Origin: Octopus sinensis
Lineage: Eukaryota
Assembly (NCBI RefSeq): GCF_006345805.1
Contig: NW_021833707.1
Span: 1-56,212, forward strand
Direction: 5' to 3'
DNA length: 56,212 nucleotides
Positions within the stretch are counted from its first letter, which is position 1; every line of letters begins with the position of its first letter. Position numbers and translations under genes: made by a program. The notes under the pieces are model-generated. The model saw only the letters and a program-made list of their open reading frames with translations, had not been told where the DNA came from and ran no database searches. Positions 38,891 through 51,924 of the stretch are shown piece by piece.

Positions 38891-38894
<4 letters not shown>
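38557..38894 (+). mobile_element. SINE family A, near full length, diverged
   Basis: Head AGGAGTCGCTGTATGG...GGTTCAGTCTC; body GACAACCGATGCTGG...GATAGAATAAGTACT; tail AATAAAAGAATAGAATA. Confidence 0.85.
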
Positions 38895-38939
<45 letters not shown>

Positions 38940-39676
38940 CACACACACACACACATACATGTATACTTTTAATAAACTGTTTCGTGTTAATGCATTCAGC
39001 TTAACCAGTCTTACTGTTATGTCTGTATTACTCAATTGACAGTAAAATAATTACTACAATTCTGCTATAATTCCTTAGTACCGCATTAACACCAATGGTT
39101 TTGTCAAAAGAAATTATTCATTCTCTAAAGAGCCGTTGATTGCTCAGGTTTTAGTCTCTTAGTTATATCTACATATATGCGGGAGTTTACGTATGTGTGT
39201 TCTTGTGTGCCATGTGTGAACGCATAAATATATGCATATGCATGCAAATTATATATATATATATATATATATGTATCATATGAATATATATATATATAAC
39301 TGGGGAGAGACAAGGAGTTCTATGGAAGCCATAATTGCGCAACACTGCTATTAAACTGCTGTAAAATATATAGATGTTCTATTTTCTTTTGTTCGACGAT
39401 TTTATCATGTAATCTGATGGCGAGCTAATTCCTAGTATAATAAATTCTTAGTTGTGCAACGCACATAAGGTTGTATTAAATGAATGTAAAATCTTATTTC
39501 TGTTCTTGTTGTGTGTGTGTGTACATATATACATACTCATACACACACACACACACATGTGTGTGTGAGTGTATAAAGTTAAACCAAACATGAAAACACA
39601 AAGAGAAAACACAACGCGAGAACGTGGAACAAATATAGTATTATTGGACGCTCAGGAAGGAAGGGAAGAAGGAGGG

Positions 39677-39709
39677 TTTTACGTTTCGAGCGGAGCTCTT
39701 CGTCCGAAA
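39677..39709 (-). ncRNA. Ultra-minimal hammerhead-like motif in a short repeat at ~39575-39785
   Basis: Minus strand TTT-CGGACGA-A-GAGC-TCC-GCTC-GAAAC-GTA-AAA. Confidence 0.5.
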
Positions 39710-39789
39710 CATAAGAAAAGGAAAGATCCAGAGAAAGGAAGACGGAGGGAAAAAAATCGCCAACGGTACACACGCGGTCACATTACATA

Positions 39790-39835
<46 letters not shown>

Positions 39836-42480
39836 TGTATGTATATATATGTATATACAGAGAAATGTATGGACATGTGTAAATGTATCAGTATGTGTGT
39901 GAGTGTGTTTCTTCGTGTGTATTTGAAATAAGAATATTTATTACATACGGATGTGTTTTATAATATTACCAATGATTGCTATGTGGTTGATAAATGGAAT
40001 TATAATTTTAGATTTAATAGAAGTCGCGTGTAGAACAGTCACCTATTGACTGCTGTATTTTTGCTAATCTCCACTGTGTTAATATCTCTACGATAGAAAT
40101 TCCATTCCACAACGTTATACCATTTCACCTTTCGCGTGATATTATTTAAGTGATAGAAATTTCTGATACACTAAACGTTTAGTAGATTTCTGTTAGATAA
40201 TGAACAAAGTTAATAGGAATACAAATGAAAGTGATGAGAAAGTATATGAGAACGGCTCCTCCTTTCTGACGTGAATCTGAATACTACAAGTGGAATTGAA
40301 GCTTACGGGTTCTCTAATGTATATATAATATGCTCCGAAAACGTACCACCGACGTGAGTACCATTAAGATACGCTTTTTGTTTACTTTAAAATAAAACAA
40401 ACAGCGATTTCTGACAGCAGAGCAATTCTAAATTTCCCTTGTCAACTTACGCTTTATTTACTGACCTGCACAATATATTTTTGGGATGAATAAGGAACTG
40501 GATATTCAATAGTGAAAATGTCAGGAACAAAAATGGCAATTATAACATTTCTATAGAAAGCACGTTCAACTCCTGAACGCCAATTGTCTTCCTCTAACAA
40601 TACGAAGAAGGGAAGGTACGTCTGCTAACAAAAGTGATATAGAACTATGAATGACACCAGAGTAACTTATAAATAAGGAGCATCTCATTTAAAAGGTAAA
40701 CTTTTGTAAGATGCTAAATGGAAACGTACTGTGGAACGCAAAGCAAGAGAAATGAACCAAACAAGACGGAAATAATCGTATCAGGAAACGGAATTTAAAT
40801 ACTAGTTATTGGTTCGTTTATTGATTTACTTAAGAAACCGGTGATTTCTTAGCAAAATGTCCCACCTAAGAAACATGAAAATGTATATTGACACGCAATT
40901 TCACATCGCAAAAATGAAATACTTTCACTTTATATTCCAAATACTGGGTGTATAACGTGGGTCTCAGCGCTATCCACGATTACGAAGGCTTTAACTTACT
41001 TCTTGCCATGAGTGTTCACAACCGATTGTAAACAATACTATATAAAGCTGATAGATTATAGACATGCTAGCATGAAATATAGACTTTTACGTGATTGGAA
41101 CGTAGGGCAGAGAACACCGAAGCCTATACATAGTAATCATGTAAGTTTCTACCTCGTGCATCGGCCAAACGCAGCGCCTTGTATATTTTAGAAGGAATTC
41201 TTTAGAGAACGAAAACAATCAGTACCAGCAAGGGAAATCGATTAAATCTACAACCAAGCATTACTGGTTCTTATTGAATTGATTGGAATTATGAAAATCA
41301 ATGGAGACTCCAACGGGATTTCATCTGAACGCTTTCGGAGGAGGAAACAAAATTCTGTGATATTTCATCCCAGTGCTTTCAAACAATTTCGAACAATTTT
41401 TCCCCTTGTGAAGTTAACTTATTGCTTTCCGTTTGACGAGGCAGCTGTCTAATATATAAACGGGTGGCTGCAACGCTCTATACAACAGGCTGAAATATTT
41501 TAATAGTACTTAGCTTGATTAACCCCTAAATGGGTAAAATACAAAGAGTAGCCCAGTGGGATCTTAAAATTCTGTCACATCAACAAATACAAGGACCAAA
41601 ACAACGAAATTATGTTTATTATTCAGACTCACCTATTCATGCTTCAGTATCAATTATTTATATTGTTCCACACACACAAACAAAAAAAAAAAAGGAAACA
41701 ATAAGCTTCATATATTTTTATCCATTTTTTTTATATGAATGATTTATGGAAAATTACATCGACTTTCAAGTTTCCTATCATCTTTTTTTCTCGATAATTT
41801 TTCATAATTTTTTTCTTGTTTCTCCTTTTATCATACGATTTTATTTCATTTTGTATATTTTTTTATCTCCTCTGTTCATGTTTCTCTAGGTACGTTTTCG
41901 TCTTATGCAGAAATCAACATTTTCGTTTTACCGTTCTTTATTCTCATATATTTTTCCGCCGTCTCCTTACTCCATACTAAATCACCTCTTTGTTATACAT
42001 AATTCCTACGCTCCATTTCTTTATTGTTTTATTATTCATCCCCCCTTTTAATAATTCAAAATATCTAATTCCAACAGAATATATTTCCTTATATTTACCT
42101 TTGAAATTCCCATTGACCCAGTTTTCTAACAACCATATAAACACATATACTAACACATCTACATTCGCTTTTCCCTGTTTTTTTTTTCTAATTATGTTCA
42201 GCGCTAGCACAAACCCGTTGCGCAGATTTAGGCGCTTATAAAAACAATTTGACTTTCCCTTCATTTGTGGAGAGCGAATTGATTAAAAACAGTCTATTAT
42301 CAACAAAACTAACATGATATCTGTCTTTCTTAGCTTCCAATTAGTCTCGGTTTCTCAAGCCCCACAATATGACAGAAGTACCTGGAATGCTACTACTACT
42401 GTTGCTGCTGCTACTACTATTACTGCTGCTGCCGCTGCTGCCGCTACTCCTGCTACTACTACTACTACTACAACAACAAT

Positions 42481-42685
42481 ATATTTATTTACTACCCACA
42501 AGGGGCTAAACACAGAGGGGACAAACAAGGACAGACAAACGGATTAAGTCTATTACATCGACCCCAGTGCGTAACTGTTACTTAATTTATCGATCCCGAA
42601 AGGATGAAAGGCAAAGTCGACCTCGGCGGAATTTGAACTCAGAACGTAACGGCAGACGAAATACCGCAAAGCATTTCGCCCGGCG
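42481..42685 (-). mobile_element. SINE family B, 5'-truncated
   Basis: Near-identical to the reverse complement of ~46430-46631. Confidence 0.9.
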
Positions 42686-44129
42686 ATCGTTGTAGAGGGA
42701 CAGTGATCAGTAATGTAGTTTGGCTGGCAGGCACAATGGAATCCGTTGGAATGTCGCTAGCTGTGAAGCTATGTGGTGGTCTTATATGATTCACGTTTTC
42801 ATTTTTGTTCATAGAGTTGGGAAGAAGGTTAATTTTCGATTTTTCAATAAAGTTACAGTGAGTTACTAACCTTCTTTCTATGTTCTGCAAATGCTGCTTG
42901 TTGGCATAGTTGCTTCGCATTAAAATGATTTAATTCTGGCTGCAGATCGTCCTAATATGATTTCAGTTGTTTCATACAGCCAACAGCGGGGTTTTTTGCT
43001 TCGCTTTTTCGTAGCAGTTAAATAAATCATTATTCAATTCATAACTCCAAGAGAAATGAGTTTTGTAGTTACGGTTTCTTCTATAACTACAGCTAGAAAG
43101 AATTTGTTTACCTGTGGAGCTGTTGTTTTCTGTTCCTCAATTGTGTTGTTGTTGGTGCTGTCTCCACTTATGTTGTTTGTAGTAGCTCTCAGCATGCTAA
43201 ATTCACGTTTCAGTCGAAATTCACTACGATCATGAATAAAAGCCTCCCTCAGTTAATTCATCTTGATATCAACCAGTTATTTATGAAGGCTGATAGTTGT
43301 GGCTTCAAAGCTGGACATAGTATTCATCGGATTTTCGATAGTCTCCAACGTCAAATACACGACTTGTCACTTCGAATATGTGTGTATGTATGTATGTATG
43401 TATGTATGCAAAAATGTATGTATGTCTTTATGAATATGTACGTATTTTATTCCCAAATTTCTATATTATTTTTTATATCTTCTTCCGTTTCTGACCATTT
43501 CTTTGAATCATTACTTCTGCTGCTAAGATTTTATTTTCCCTCTCCTCATTTCAATTGTGAAGTCATTTCGATTATATCTTATTTTCCTATTTATTTATTT
43601 ATTTATTTATTTATTTATATACTTATTTATTTATCTATTACTACTTTCAAATGCACATCTACCTAACCCAAATATCTTCCCGTATGTTCAAGAGTTCATT
43701 TATCTACTCATCTGCTATCTTCTCTATTGAAAATTTTCTGTAGAAGTCTTTAGCCATTCTAACAATCACCTCCCCGCCCAACTTCGCTCTCCACCCCACC
43801 TCCAATCAAAACATACGCTTTATTTGCTCTTTTTTATTATTCTTTACTTTTCTTTTGTTTTCTTTTCACTTACCTTCCTGTTTCTCTTACTTTCTTTACT
43901 CTTTTTGCTTCCTTCTTTTCATATTTATCGCATCTTCCCCCCACCGCCATCCACTACGACAGGATTCCTAAATATCGATATCTGTAAATTCCATCATAAC
44001 TGTCCATTACTGAGGTTCATCTACAGGCGAAACTTTGAGCAGCACCAATCTAATTCGACTAGAACAAAAAATTAAATATAGATAATCACTTATATACGTA
44101 CATATCTACACACACACACACACACATAC

Positions 44130-44183
<54 letters not shown>

Positions 44184-44231
44184 TCGTTAGCTCCTACACT
44201 CATTTTTGTCTCCTTGTTTCTCTCTGTGTAT

Positions 44232-44268
44232 CTTTCTGTCGAGGAGCATAGGCTCGAAACGTAAAAAA
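44232..44268 (+). ncRNA. Ultra-minimal hammerhead-like motif in a short repeat at ~44180-44366 between (TA)n tracts
   Basis: CTTT-CTGTCGA-G-GAGC-ATAG-GCTC-GAAAC-GTA-AAAA. Confidence 0.5.
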
Positions 44269-44364
44269 CTTGTTCTATTTCTATTCCTGAGCGCCATACT
44301 AATACATTTGTTTGTTTGTACTCCACCTGCCTTCGTCTTTTGTTTATTTTCGTAAATCTTTCCG

Positions 44365-44456
<92 letters not shown>

Positions 44457-45699
44457 ACGAACTAAAACGCAATAGAGGAAAAATCATTCGGGCAGATAGA
44501 CGATTCAAAGGCAGACAGGAAAAACGACAATTAGAATGACAGGCAAAAAATGACGGGTCATTCGTGGCTTTCTTTCCTTAGTCAAGTTACCAGAATTCCT
44601 TGCTGTTTCGAGCAGTAACACATGAGGCAGTTCGGTCAGGTTCCCCCCCACCAAAAAAAAAAAAATCTCAGCTAAGAGCGTTAGATGATTTTGTAAGAAA
44701 GGTAGCGAATGTGTGCAGCAACAAAGACAAAAAAGGGAGGACATGGTACACAATTACAAATACAAACAAGAAATAACAACAGCTGTCTTTCGATAGAGAA
44801 CGAACCAAATTGAGCTGGTGTGTATGAAATGAAAGCCTAAAGGCAGGAACATAGGAGATTGACATAAGGGGTGTTGAAAGTCGGCAGTCAGGCTAAGAAA
44901 GAAAGATCATGGCTGGACGGACACCGGTCACGTGGAAGGAGGTGATATGGTAGGGGGCAAGGGGATTGAAGGATTAGAAAAAAAAATCAGACAAAGGGTA
45001 AGGTACAGGTGAGATGAACGAGGGAGAAAACAATTTTCAGGTGTAACCCTAGTGTTATATGCATTTACATATCGTACTTTAGGGTCTTATTTATCGTATA
45101 TTTATATATTTATCTAAGTATCTAATAAAAGTCAATATTCAATTTTGGAGGATTATCGATATGCGGGTATTCTATTTCAGATAATACAAAAATAACCTGA
45201 TGTGTATATCTTACTCATGGTATCAATTTGTACATCATGAAATACCACTTAAAGTATATAACCAAAATTTCCAGCTGGGTATATAATTTACTTCATTAAT
45301 TATATCCTACTTTAGTTAATACTTATATTTATTAAACATGAAGGAACTACTCATGTTTCAGAATTGGAAGATTACAATGTATATATACATATACACGACT
45401 GTATATCCATATATATACATATATAAATACATGTATGCATAAGTTGTACACAGTTATTTTGTACACGGTTATATCTCAACTCGACACGGTCTTACCCATA
45501 TTTCTTCATTAGAGATATTTCCTCTTTCTATCTTTTGTTGAATTTCTGCGAAAATGAATGTTTGGAAACACCAAAATTATTTCCATTAACTCATTCTCAC
45601 ATCAACTAACAAAAGTAATACTAATAAAAAATGTATTGTCATTTTTCGTTTGATGTTATTTGCTCCATGTCTGAAGCCAGTCAAGCAGAAAGATATGTA

Positions 45700-46150
45700 A
45701 CTGGAACTTACTGTGTGAAGAAGAAAAATTTATCAGCAGCCCTTATTGTTTTGGATTTTACAAATGCATTTGATTCGATCCATTTAGGGAAAATGGGAGA
45801 GTTATTGCCAGCATATGGAATTCCTGGAAAAACTTGAATGATATCATAATGTTTTATCAGAAATAGATACAGCACGGATGCGGATGCTACTTGGAGTGAT
45901 ACCCTCTTTATATCCTTTCCTAATATGCCAAGATTATGTTCTAAGGAAAGCTCTGGACTCAAACTTCACAGCCATATTTAACAGAAAAGAAGTGAAAAAT
46001 ATCGTGCAAAGAAAATTACTGAAGTTGCTTGTGCCAATGGTCAGGCAAGGGTCAGTGATAACATGGAAGATGTCAGTATCTTTCAACATTTACTGGAGAA
46101 AAATTCTAGACTACATATCAATGCTGCGAAAACAAAACATAACCCTTACA
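45700..46150 (+). pseudogene. Non-LTR reverse transcriptase fragment (RTE-like)
   Basis: KNLSAALIVLDFTNAFDSIHLGKM..LLPAYGIP (DFxKAFDSI motif), PFLICQDYVLRKALD, KITEVACANG (decayed YADD region), LHINAAKTK; frameshifted. Confidence 0.85.
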
Positions 46151-46397
46151 ACTGTAATGCACTCACACATACACACACACATACGTGCAAACATACACAC
46201 ATACATACACACGCATGTGTGTTTGTCTGTGTTGTTATGTGTGTGTTGTTATTTGTTTGCTTGTGTGTGTGTGTTATTTGTTTGTCTGTGTGTTGTTTGT
46301 GTGTGTGTGTGTGTGTGTGTATCTTTATATGTGTGAGTATGGGTGTGTTTGTGTGTTCAAATTGAATGTATATGATCACAGATACAGCCAAGAATAC

Positions 46398-46631
46398 GAA
46401 GGCGGCGAGCTATCAGAAACGTTAGTACGCCGGGCGAAATGCTTAGCAGTATTTCTTCTGCCGTTACGTTCTGAGTTCAAATTCCGCCGAGGTCGACTTT
46501 GCCTTTCATCCTCTCGGGTGTCGATAAATTAAGTACCAGTTACGCACTGGGGTCGATGTACTCGATTTAATCCGTTTGTCTGTCCTTGTTTGTCCCCTCT
46601 ATGTATAGCCCCTTGTGGGTAGTAAAGAAAT
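46398..46631 (+). mobile_element. Full-length tRNA-derived SINE family B with 18-bp TSD
   Basis: Head GGCGGCGAGCTATCAGAAACGTTAG, B box GAGTTCAAATTCC; flanked by AGATACAGCCAAGAATAC (46380-46397) and AGATACAGCTAAGAATAC (46632-46649). Confidence 0.92.
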
Positions 46632-47023
46632 AGATACAGCTAAGAATACTACCCATTGCGTTTGTACTTACTGAGAGAGATCGATGAGTAATGGTCGATA
46701 TATACGATTTTCAGGGATTCACTGTGTTTGTGCATCTGTATTCATAGTTCAGAAACTTAGTTTTGTAACAATTGATATGTTGTTGACTTACATTAAGTCT
46801 AGAATCATAGAATGTTTTAGGCAAATAAAGAAGGAAAACACTGTGCTTGGTTGAGATGAAAATTTAAGCATAAATATACGACTTGATAACCATGTGAAAT
46901 AAAATATAAATGCGATATGTTTGAGTACATTGTATATTATCTCGAAGAATAGCTTACGGATATGATGTGAATAGAGTAACTATTTAACTTGTACATACAC
47001 ATATACATACATTTATGCATGCA

Positions 47024-47079
<56 letters not shown>

Positions 47080-47124
47080 TATATATATGTACATGCCTAC
47101 ATATATATGTATATATACATACAT

Positions 47125-47856
47125 ATATGGGTACACGACGTCAAAAAAATGTGAACAAAATGAGAAACGAGAATATAAAAAAACAAAAGCATGGAAAACG
47201 AACTATTTTCGAACAACGAAGGAAACAAATAGAGAAACGAGACAGGCAAGGTAGAGAACATTCCATTCATCAGTTTTCTATTTTCTCCCTCTGTTCTACT
47301 TCCTTTCTATTTTTCTCCCACCCTTTCTCTAATTTTTCTCCTCTCTCCTTCACCGTACCCTCTTTCTCCCTCTCAATCTTCCTCCTTGAATGTCTCGTTG
47401 CTCACACGTGACCAACGACCATCCGTTGTTCTTTCTTCCACTTCCTTCCTAAAGACCAGACATGCTTTTACCTGTCTCTTCTCAAAGCTCATTTTTTCCA
47501 GCGTTCACCACTTCACCTTGTTATGGCTTAACAACTCTCATCGTTTGTTTTTATTGTTTTGTTCTTACCGTCTTGTTTTCGTTACCACTCTAACATTCCG
47601 CAAAAAATCCGAACTTTTATTTGATTTGCATTGCGGGAATGACTGATTTAAGGAAGTCGCGTATTGTCGCTACCTTCGAAACGTGAAGTAGATACAAAAG
47701 GGGACAATTGATGGAGGGAATGTTCTTTATGTTGCCTGTCTCGTTTCTCTATTTCTTTCCTTCGTTATTCGAAAAAAAGTTCATTTTCCATTCCTTTGTT
47801 TCTTATGTTCTCGTTTCTCATTTTGTTCACGTTTGTTTGACGTCATGTACACATAT
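47125..47856. repeat. Element with ~148-bp terminal inverted repeats and a pyrimidine-rich interior
   Basis: 47125-47272 (GACGTCAAA...GTGAACAAAATGAGAAACGAGAA...AGAGAAACGAGACAGGCAA) is mirrored at 47709-47856. Confidence 0.85.
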
Positions 47857-47980
47857 GTGCATGTATATATACATATGTAAGCATGTACATGTATGTGTGT
47901 ATATATGCTTATATATATATATATATATATATTATTTATATTATATGATCGAACGCCACGCATCCATTTCCAAGTAAGTT

Positions 47981-48050
<70 letters not shown>

Positions 48051-49144
48051 CTATACATATATATATATATATGTTACGGATCTAACCACCCGTAACATAT
48101 ACTGCAAAGAATCCCGAGAACCGTGTATAACAGAGAATCTAGACAATACGTGGATGAACAGATATTGAATATGCACGCCGAATATTACAACTCAGCACTA
48201 GCTAGGGCAGTGTATAAGGACAGAGTAGTGTATGTACAGATTAAGACAGAGAGGGCTCAATACCCGGAGAGCGTTATTAATATTAGAGTTAATCCTCTAA
48301 GTAACCACCAAAAAAAAGTAAATATAATAGCGACCAAAATGGAAAGAAGGGGCCACAGCACTAAAAAGTATAGATGTAAAAGAGAACCTACGAAGCAGAA
48401 TGAAAGGGTAGAAAGAAAGGGCCGATAAACGTAGATAGAAATAGTAAAATGATGAAACTTAATACAGTAACAAACCAAATAAATCCATTTGAAATTGGAA
48501 AAATAAGTGAGTAAATTATTTGGTTTAGCCCAATTTTCCATTCACAAATGAAATCCAAAATAGATCATGAATTCTTGAGAGTTAGACAGGCAATTACCCA
48601 AATCTTCCAAAATCACAAAATCAACAGGCTAATGTAAAATAAGCATATGTGACCTCTGAAAATCTGAAATACTACATACACAAACTAAGCAACATAAAAC
48701 ACAAGAGGATAAAACTGGGGGGGAGGGGCTTACGGATAAACCCCAAACTTATAACCCAATAAACAACGATGGAATGTTGCAACTAGGAATAATAATATAT
48801 CACCAATAACAAAAATGGGCCCAAGCAGATTCATGCTATTGGCAGTCCAATCCATACCTAAGGAAAATGAAAACGCGGTTACAGGAAGAAAAACAAATAG
48901 ACCCCACCTTCAGTAATAACTCCGCTTAAAGAACCGCAAAATATGATATAAAATGTAACTGCAGACGTAAAACAGAATGCCAGATTCAAAGCAACTGTAT
49001 GATAACGAATGTTGTTTGCAAATGTTAGGTGAAGACTGGTAACCAGAAATACCTGTACAATGGTGATATCGGAGACATGAAAAATCGTGAGCGCAATCAT
49101 ATTACCTCATATTCAAATGTAAACAAAAGGCACTTGACATTATT

Positions 49145-49515
49145 CTTTTCTACTCTAAGCACTTGGCCTGAAATTTTGGGGGAGAGGGCCAGTCGACTTA
49201 ATTTATCGACCCCGAAAGGAAGAAAGGCAAAGTCAACCTCGGCGGAATTTGAACTCAGAACGCAAAGACAGATGAAATATCTATTTCTTTGCTACCCACA
49301 AGGGGCTAAACACAGAGAGGACAAACAACGACAGACAACCGGATTAAGTCGATTATCTCGACCCCAGTGCGTAACTGGTACTTATTTAATCGACCCCGAA
49401 AGGATGAAAGGCAAAGTCGACCTCGGCGGAATTTTAACTCAGAACGTAGCGGCAGACGAAATACTACTAAGCATTTCGCTTGGTGTGCTAACGTTTCTGC
49501 CAGCTCGCTGCCTTA
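49145..49515 (-). mobile_element. Dimeric SINE family B insertion with a perfect 15-bp TSD
   Basis: GCACTTGACATTATT at 49130-49144 and 49516-49530; full unit ~49279-49515 plus a headless second unit 49145-49278 with a different tail. Confidence 0.9.
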
Positions 49516-50297
49516 GCACTTGACATTATTAACTAACCTCATCTGGAGGCTCAAGCAGAATGGAGTTTACAGTAAAATATGCTTCACAATACAATGGCAC
49601 ATCGTGAGTATGCAATTTATGCGTAGAGGAAACCCTGAAGATCCTCACATCTACAGAAAACTTAATTAATGGTCAATCCGAAATAATTATATCGTGTAAG
49701 CATAGTAGCAATGCATCATTCCTAGAATTCGAAAAAAAATATTTTAAAACAGAAAAACACTAACCGTCTTAAGCATAAAATGGAACAAGAAAAGAACATA
49801 TAACCGACTAAATAAAATAAACGTTATATTCATACGATATATACGATGGCATTTACCACCAAAAGTAGTTAAAAGGACATTTTAAGAGAATATCATTTGT
49901 CAACTCAGACAATGAACTCCAAAAACAGAATAGCTATACTTGTTATCCCCACTACATTGGAATTCAATGATGGGGCACCTACTGCGACTAAGGCCAAACT
50001 AACGAACCATACTACCCATACTGACACCTGCATACTCAAATATCAAAAAAATATCACCATATACCTCCCTCTCGTTTATAATTATCATTCCTTTCTCACC
50101 TTCCATCATCTTCTACTCCGCCCCAAGAAACGCACACAGAACTACCCACATACAATGATCAGCGTTTTCATTGGTCAAAATTGTTAAAGAACTCTCAGTT
50201 ATACATCTGCTGCTTCCAATCTTAGTGACATATCACGTGAAGAAAACGCATGAATACGATCCACTTGATAACCAGGGATACTACGGATTGGAGTATA

Positions 50298-50362
50298 ATC
50301 ACCTGAGGAATGCGGACTATGATCGTAAGAAAAATGCGATTTGTGGAAATGTGCGTAGTGAT
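50298..50362 (+). ncRNA. Minimal type I hammerhead ribozyme
   Basis: ATCAC-CTGAGGA-stem II (TGCGGA/TTTGTG, inner ATCGTA/TGCGAT)-GAAA-T-GTGC-G-TA-GTGAT; perfect 5-bp stem I; same strand as the upstream PLE ORF relic. Confidence 0.75.
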
Positions 50363-50415
50363 GCTTTAAGATATCAAAAAATTCCATCCATAGATTGTTA
50401 TTATTAATAATAATA

Positions 50416-50645
50416 AAGTCGACGAGCTGGCAGAATCGTTAGCCCGTTGGGCGAAATGCTTAGGGGCATTTCGTCCGTCTTTACGTTCCGAGTTCAAATT
50501 CTGCCGATACCGACTTCGGCTTTCATCCTTTTGGAGTCGATAAATTAAGTACCAGTGAATCACTAGGGTGGGTGTAATTGACTAGTCCGTTCCCCACAAA
50601 TTTCAGTCCGTGTACATTTAAGAGAAAGGATTAATATTATTATTA
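50416..50645 (+). mobile_element. SINE family B
   Basis: GAGCTGGCAGAATCGTTAG...GAGTTCAAATTC...GTCGATAAATTAAGTACCAGT; ATT-repeat tail. Confidence 0.85.
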
Positions 50646-50922
50646 ATATGTGTGTGCGTGTGTATGAGTATGTAAGATACTTGGCAAAAATGCTTGAACC
50701 ATTAACAGTATTTAAAGAGAGAATGTTTATAATGTTACGAATTCAAAATAATATTTATAAAGTAGAGTACCTCAAACCTTTTGGTACAGTGGGTATTATG
50801 TGTGCCAGCGCTTTCATTGGTCAACCGTTTAAAACAATCAAAGCGCATGCGCACATTACAAAATGTCTTCCCCATAAGTTTAACTTGTAAAATTTCTTTT
50901 TAATCACATACGCACACACATA

Positions 50923-51157
50923 TTGGTTTGGTGCATCATTATTGCGGCTTTTTTTCTACAAATTTTATTCAACAAAATCAATAACAACATTTAACAAAAA
51001 CATCTTTAAGAGACGGTTTGACCGTCTGCGAAGCACATGGGAAGCGGTAACTGAAGTAGATAGTGAATATACTCCGGAATAATTATTTGAAGTTTTTTTT
51101 GTTACATGTTACTGTTTTTGTTGAAAAAAAAGCCGCAATAATTATGCACCAACCCAA
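50923..51157 (+). mobile_element. Internally deleted mariner element (MITE)
   Basis: TA-flanked TIRs TTGG(T/G)TTGGTGCAT(C/A)ATTATTGCGGCTTTTTTT, similar to Hsmar1/Mos1-type TIRs; interior encodes FKRRFDRLRSTWEAVTEVDSEYTPE*, resembling a mariner transposase C-terminus. Confidence 0.9.
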
Positions 51158-51164
51158 TAGATAT

Positions 51165-51460
51165 TGGTACTCCATCAGCTGCGGCGATATGTGTTCCAGT
51201 GGTTCTAATCAATTAGTTTGTTAGAGGCTGAGCACATCAAAAACATACGCATCCTAAACGTAGTTCTCAGAGAGACTCAGTGTGACATAGAAGGTGACAA
51301 GGCTGGCTCTTTGAACTTAAGGTAATATTGATTTTCGCCCCCCACCTGAGTGGATTTGAAGTAACTTTAAATAGTGCTTGCTCAAAGACAAAAGGTGCCG
51401 CCAATAACCGAACTAAGGACATTACAATAGTAATCTGAACACCCTAAACACTAATCCATA
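51165..51460 (-). mobile_element. Decayed tRNA-derived SINE (family C)
   Basis: Minus-strand head TGGATTAGTGTTTAGGGTGTT...AGTTCGGTTA, then TGTCTTTGAGCAAGCACT. Confidence 0.55.
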
Positions 51461-51708
51461 TATATATGTAAATACATATACACATAAACAAAACACTCAT
51501 ACCGTTAAGCTAAGATCAATGAAATGTACTGCATCGAGAGGGGCATAAATATCTTTTTCTCTACACAGTATAAAGATAAAAATAGTTTCTTGCCATGAAG
51601 ACACGTGGCAAATAGATTTTTATAACGCGCTTTGTATCTCTAAAGCAGTCTCCGGCTCTGAGTTCATGTGCTCAGTATGAACACACGCACAAATGAGCAC
51701 ATACATAT

Positions 51709-51782
<74 letters not shown>

Positions 51783-51860
51783 AGGAATCTAAACAAACAA
51801 GAAAAATCAATAACGCGAGGACGTGGTACAAGTTATGTATTATCAGGAAAAGAAGGAAAT

Positions 51861-51924
<64 letters not shown>

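Larger units (their letters stand above)
48073..50400 (+). mobile_element. Decayed 5'-truncated Penelope-like element (RT C-terminus, GIY-YIG, 3' region with hammerhead)
   Basis: Starts after (TA)n: GSNHP*HILQRIPRTV...EQILNMHAEYYNSAL; IIWFSPIF...IDHEFL; KCNCRRKTEC.....C...NVVCKC*...KYLYNG...RERNHITSY; after the SINE, LTNLIWRLKQN...CNLCVEETLKIL...LIN...SCKH; hammerhead at 50298-50362. Confidence 0.85.
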
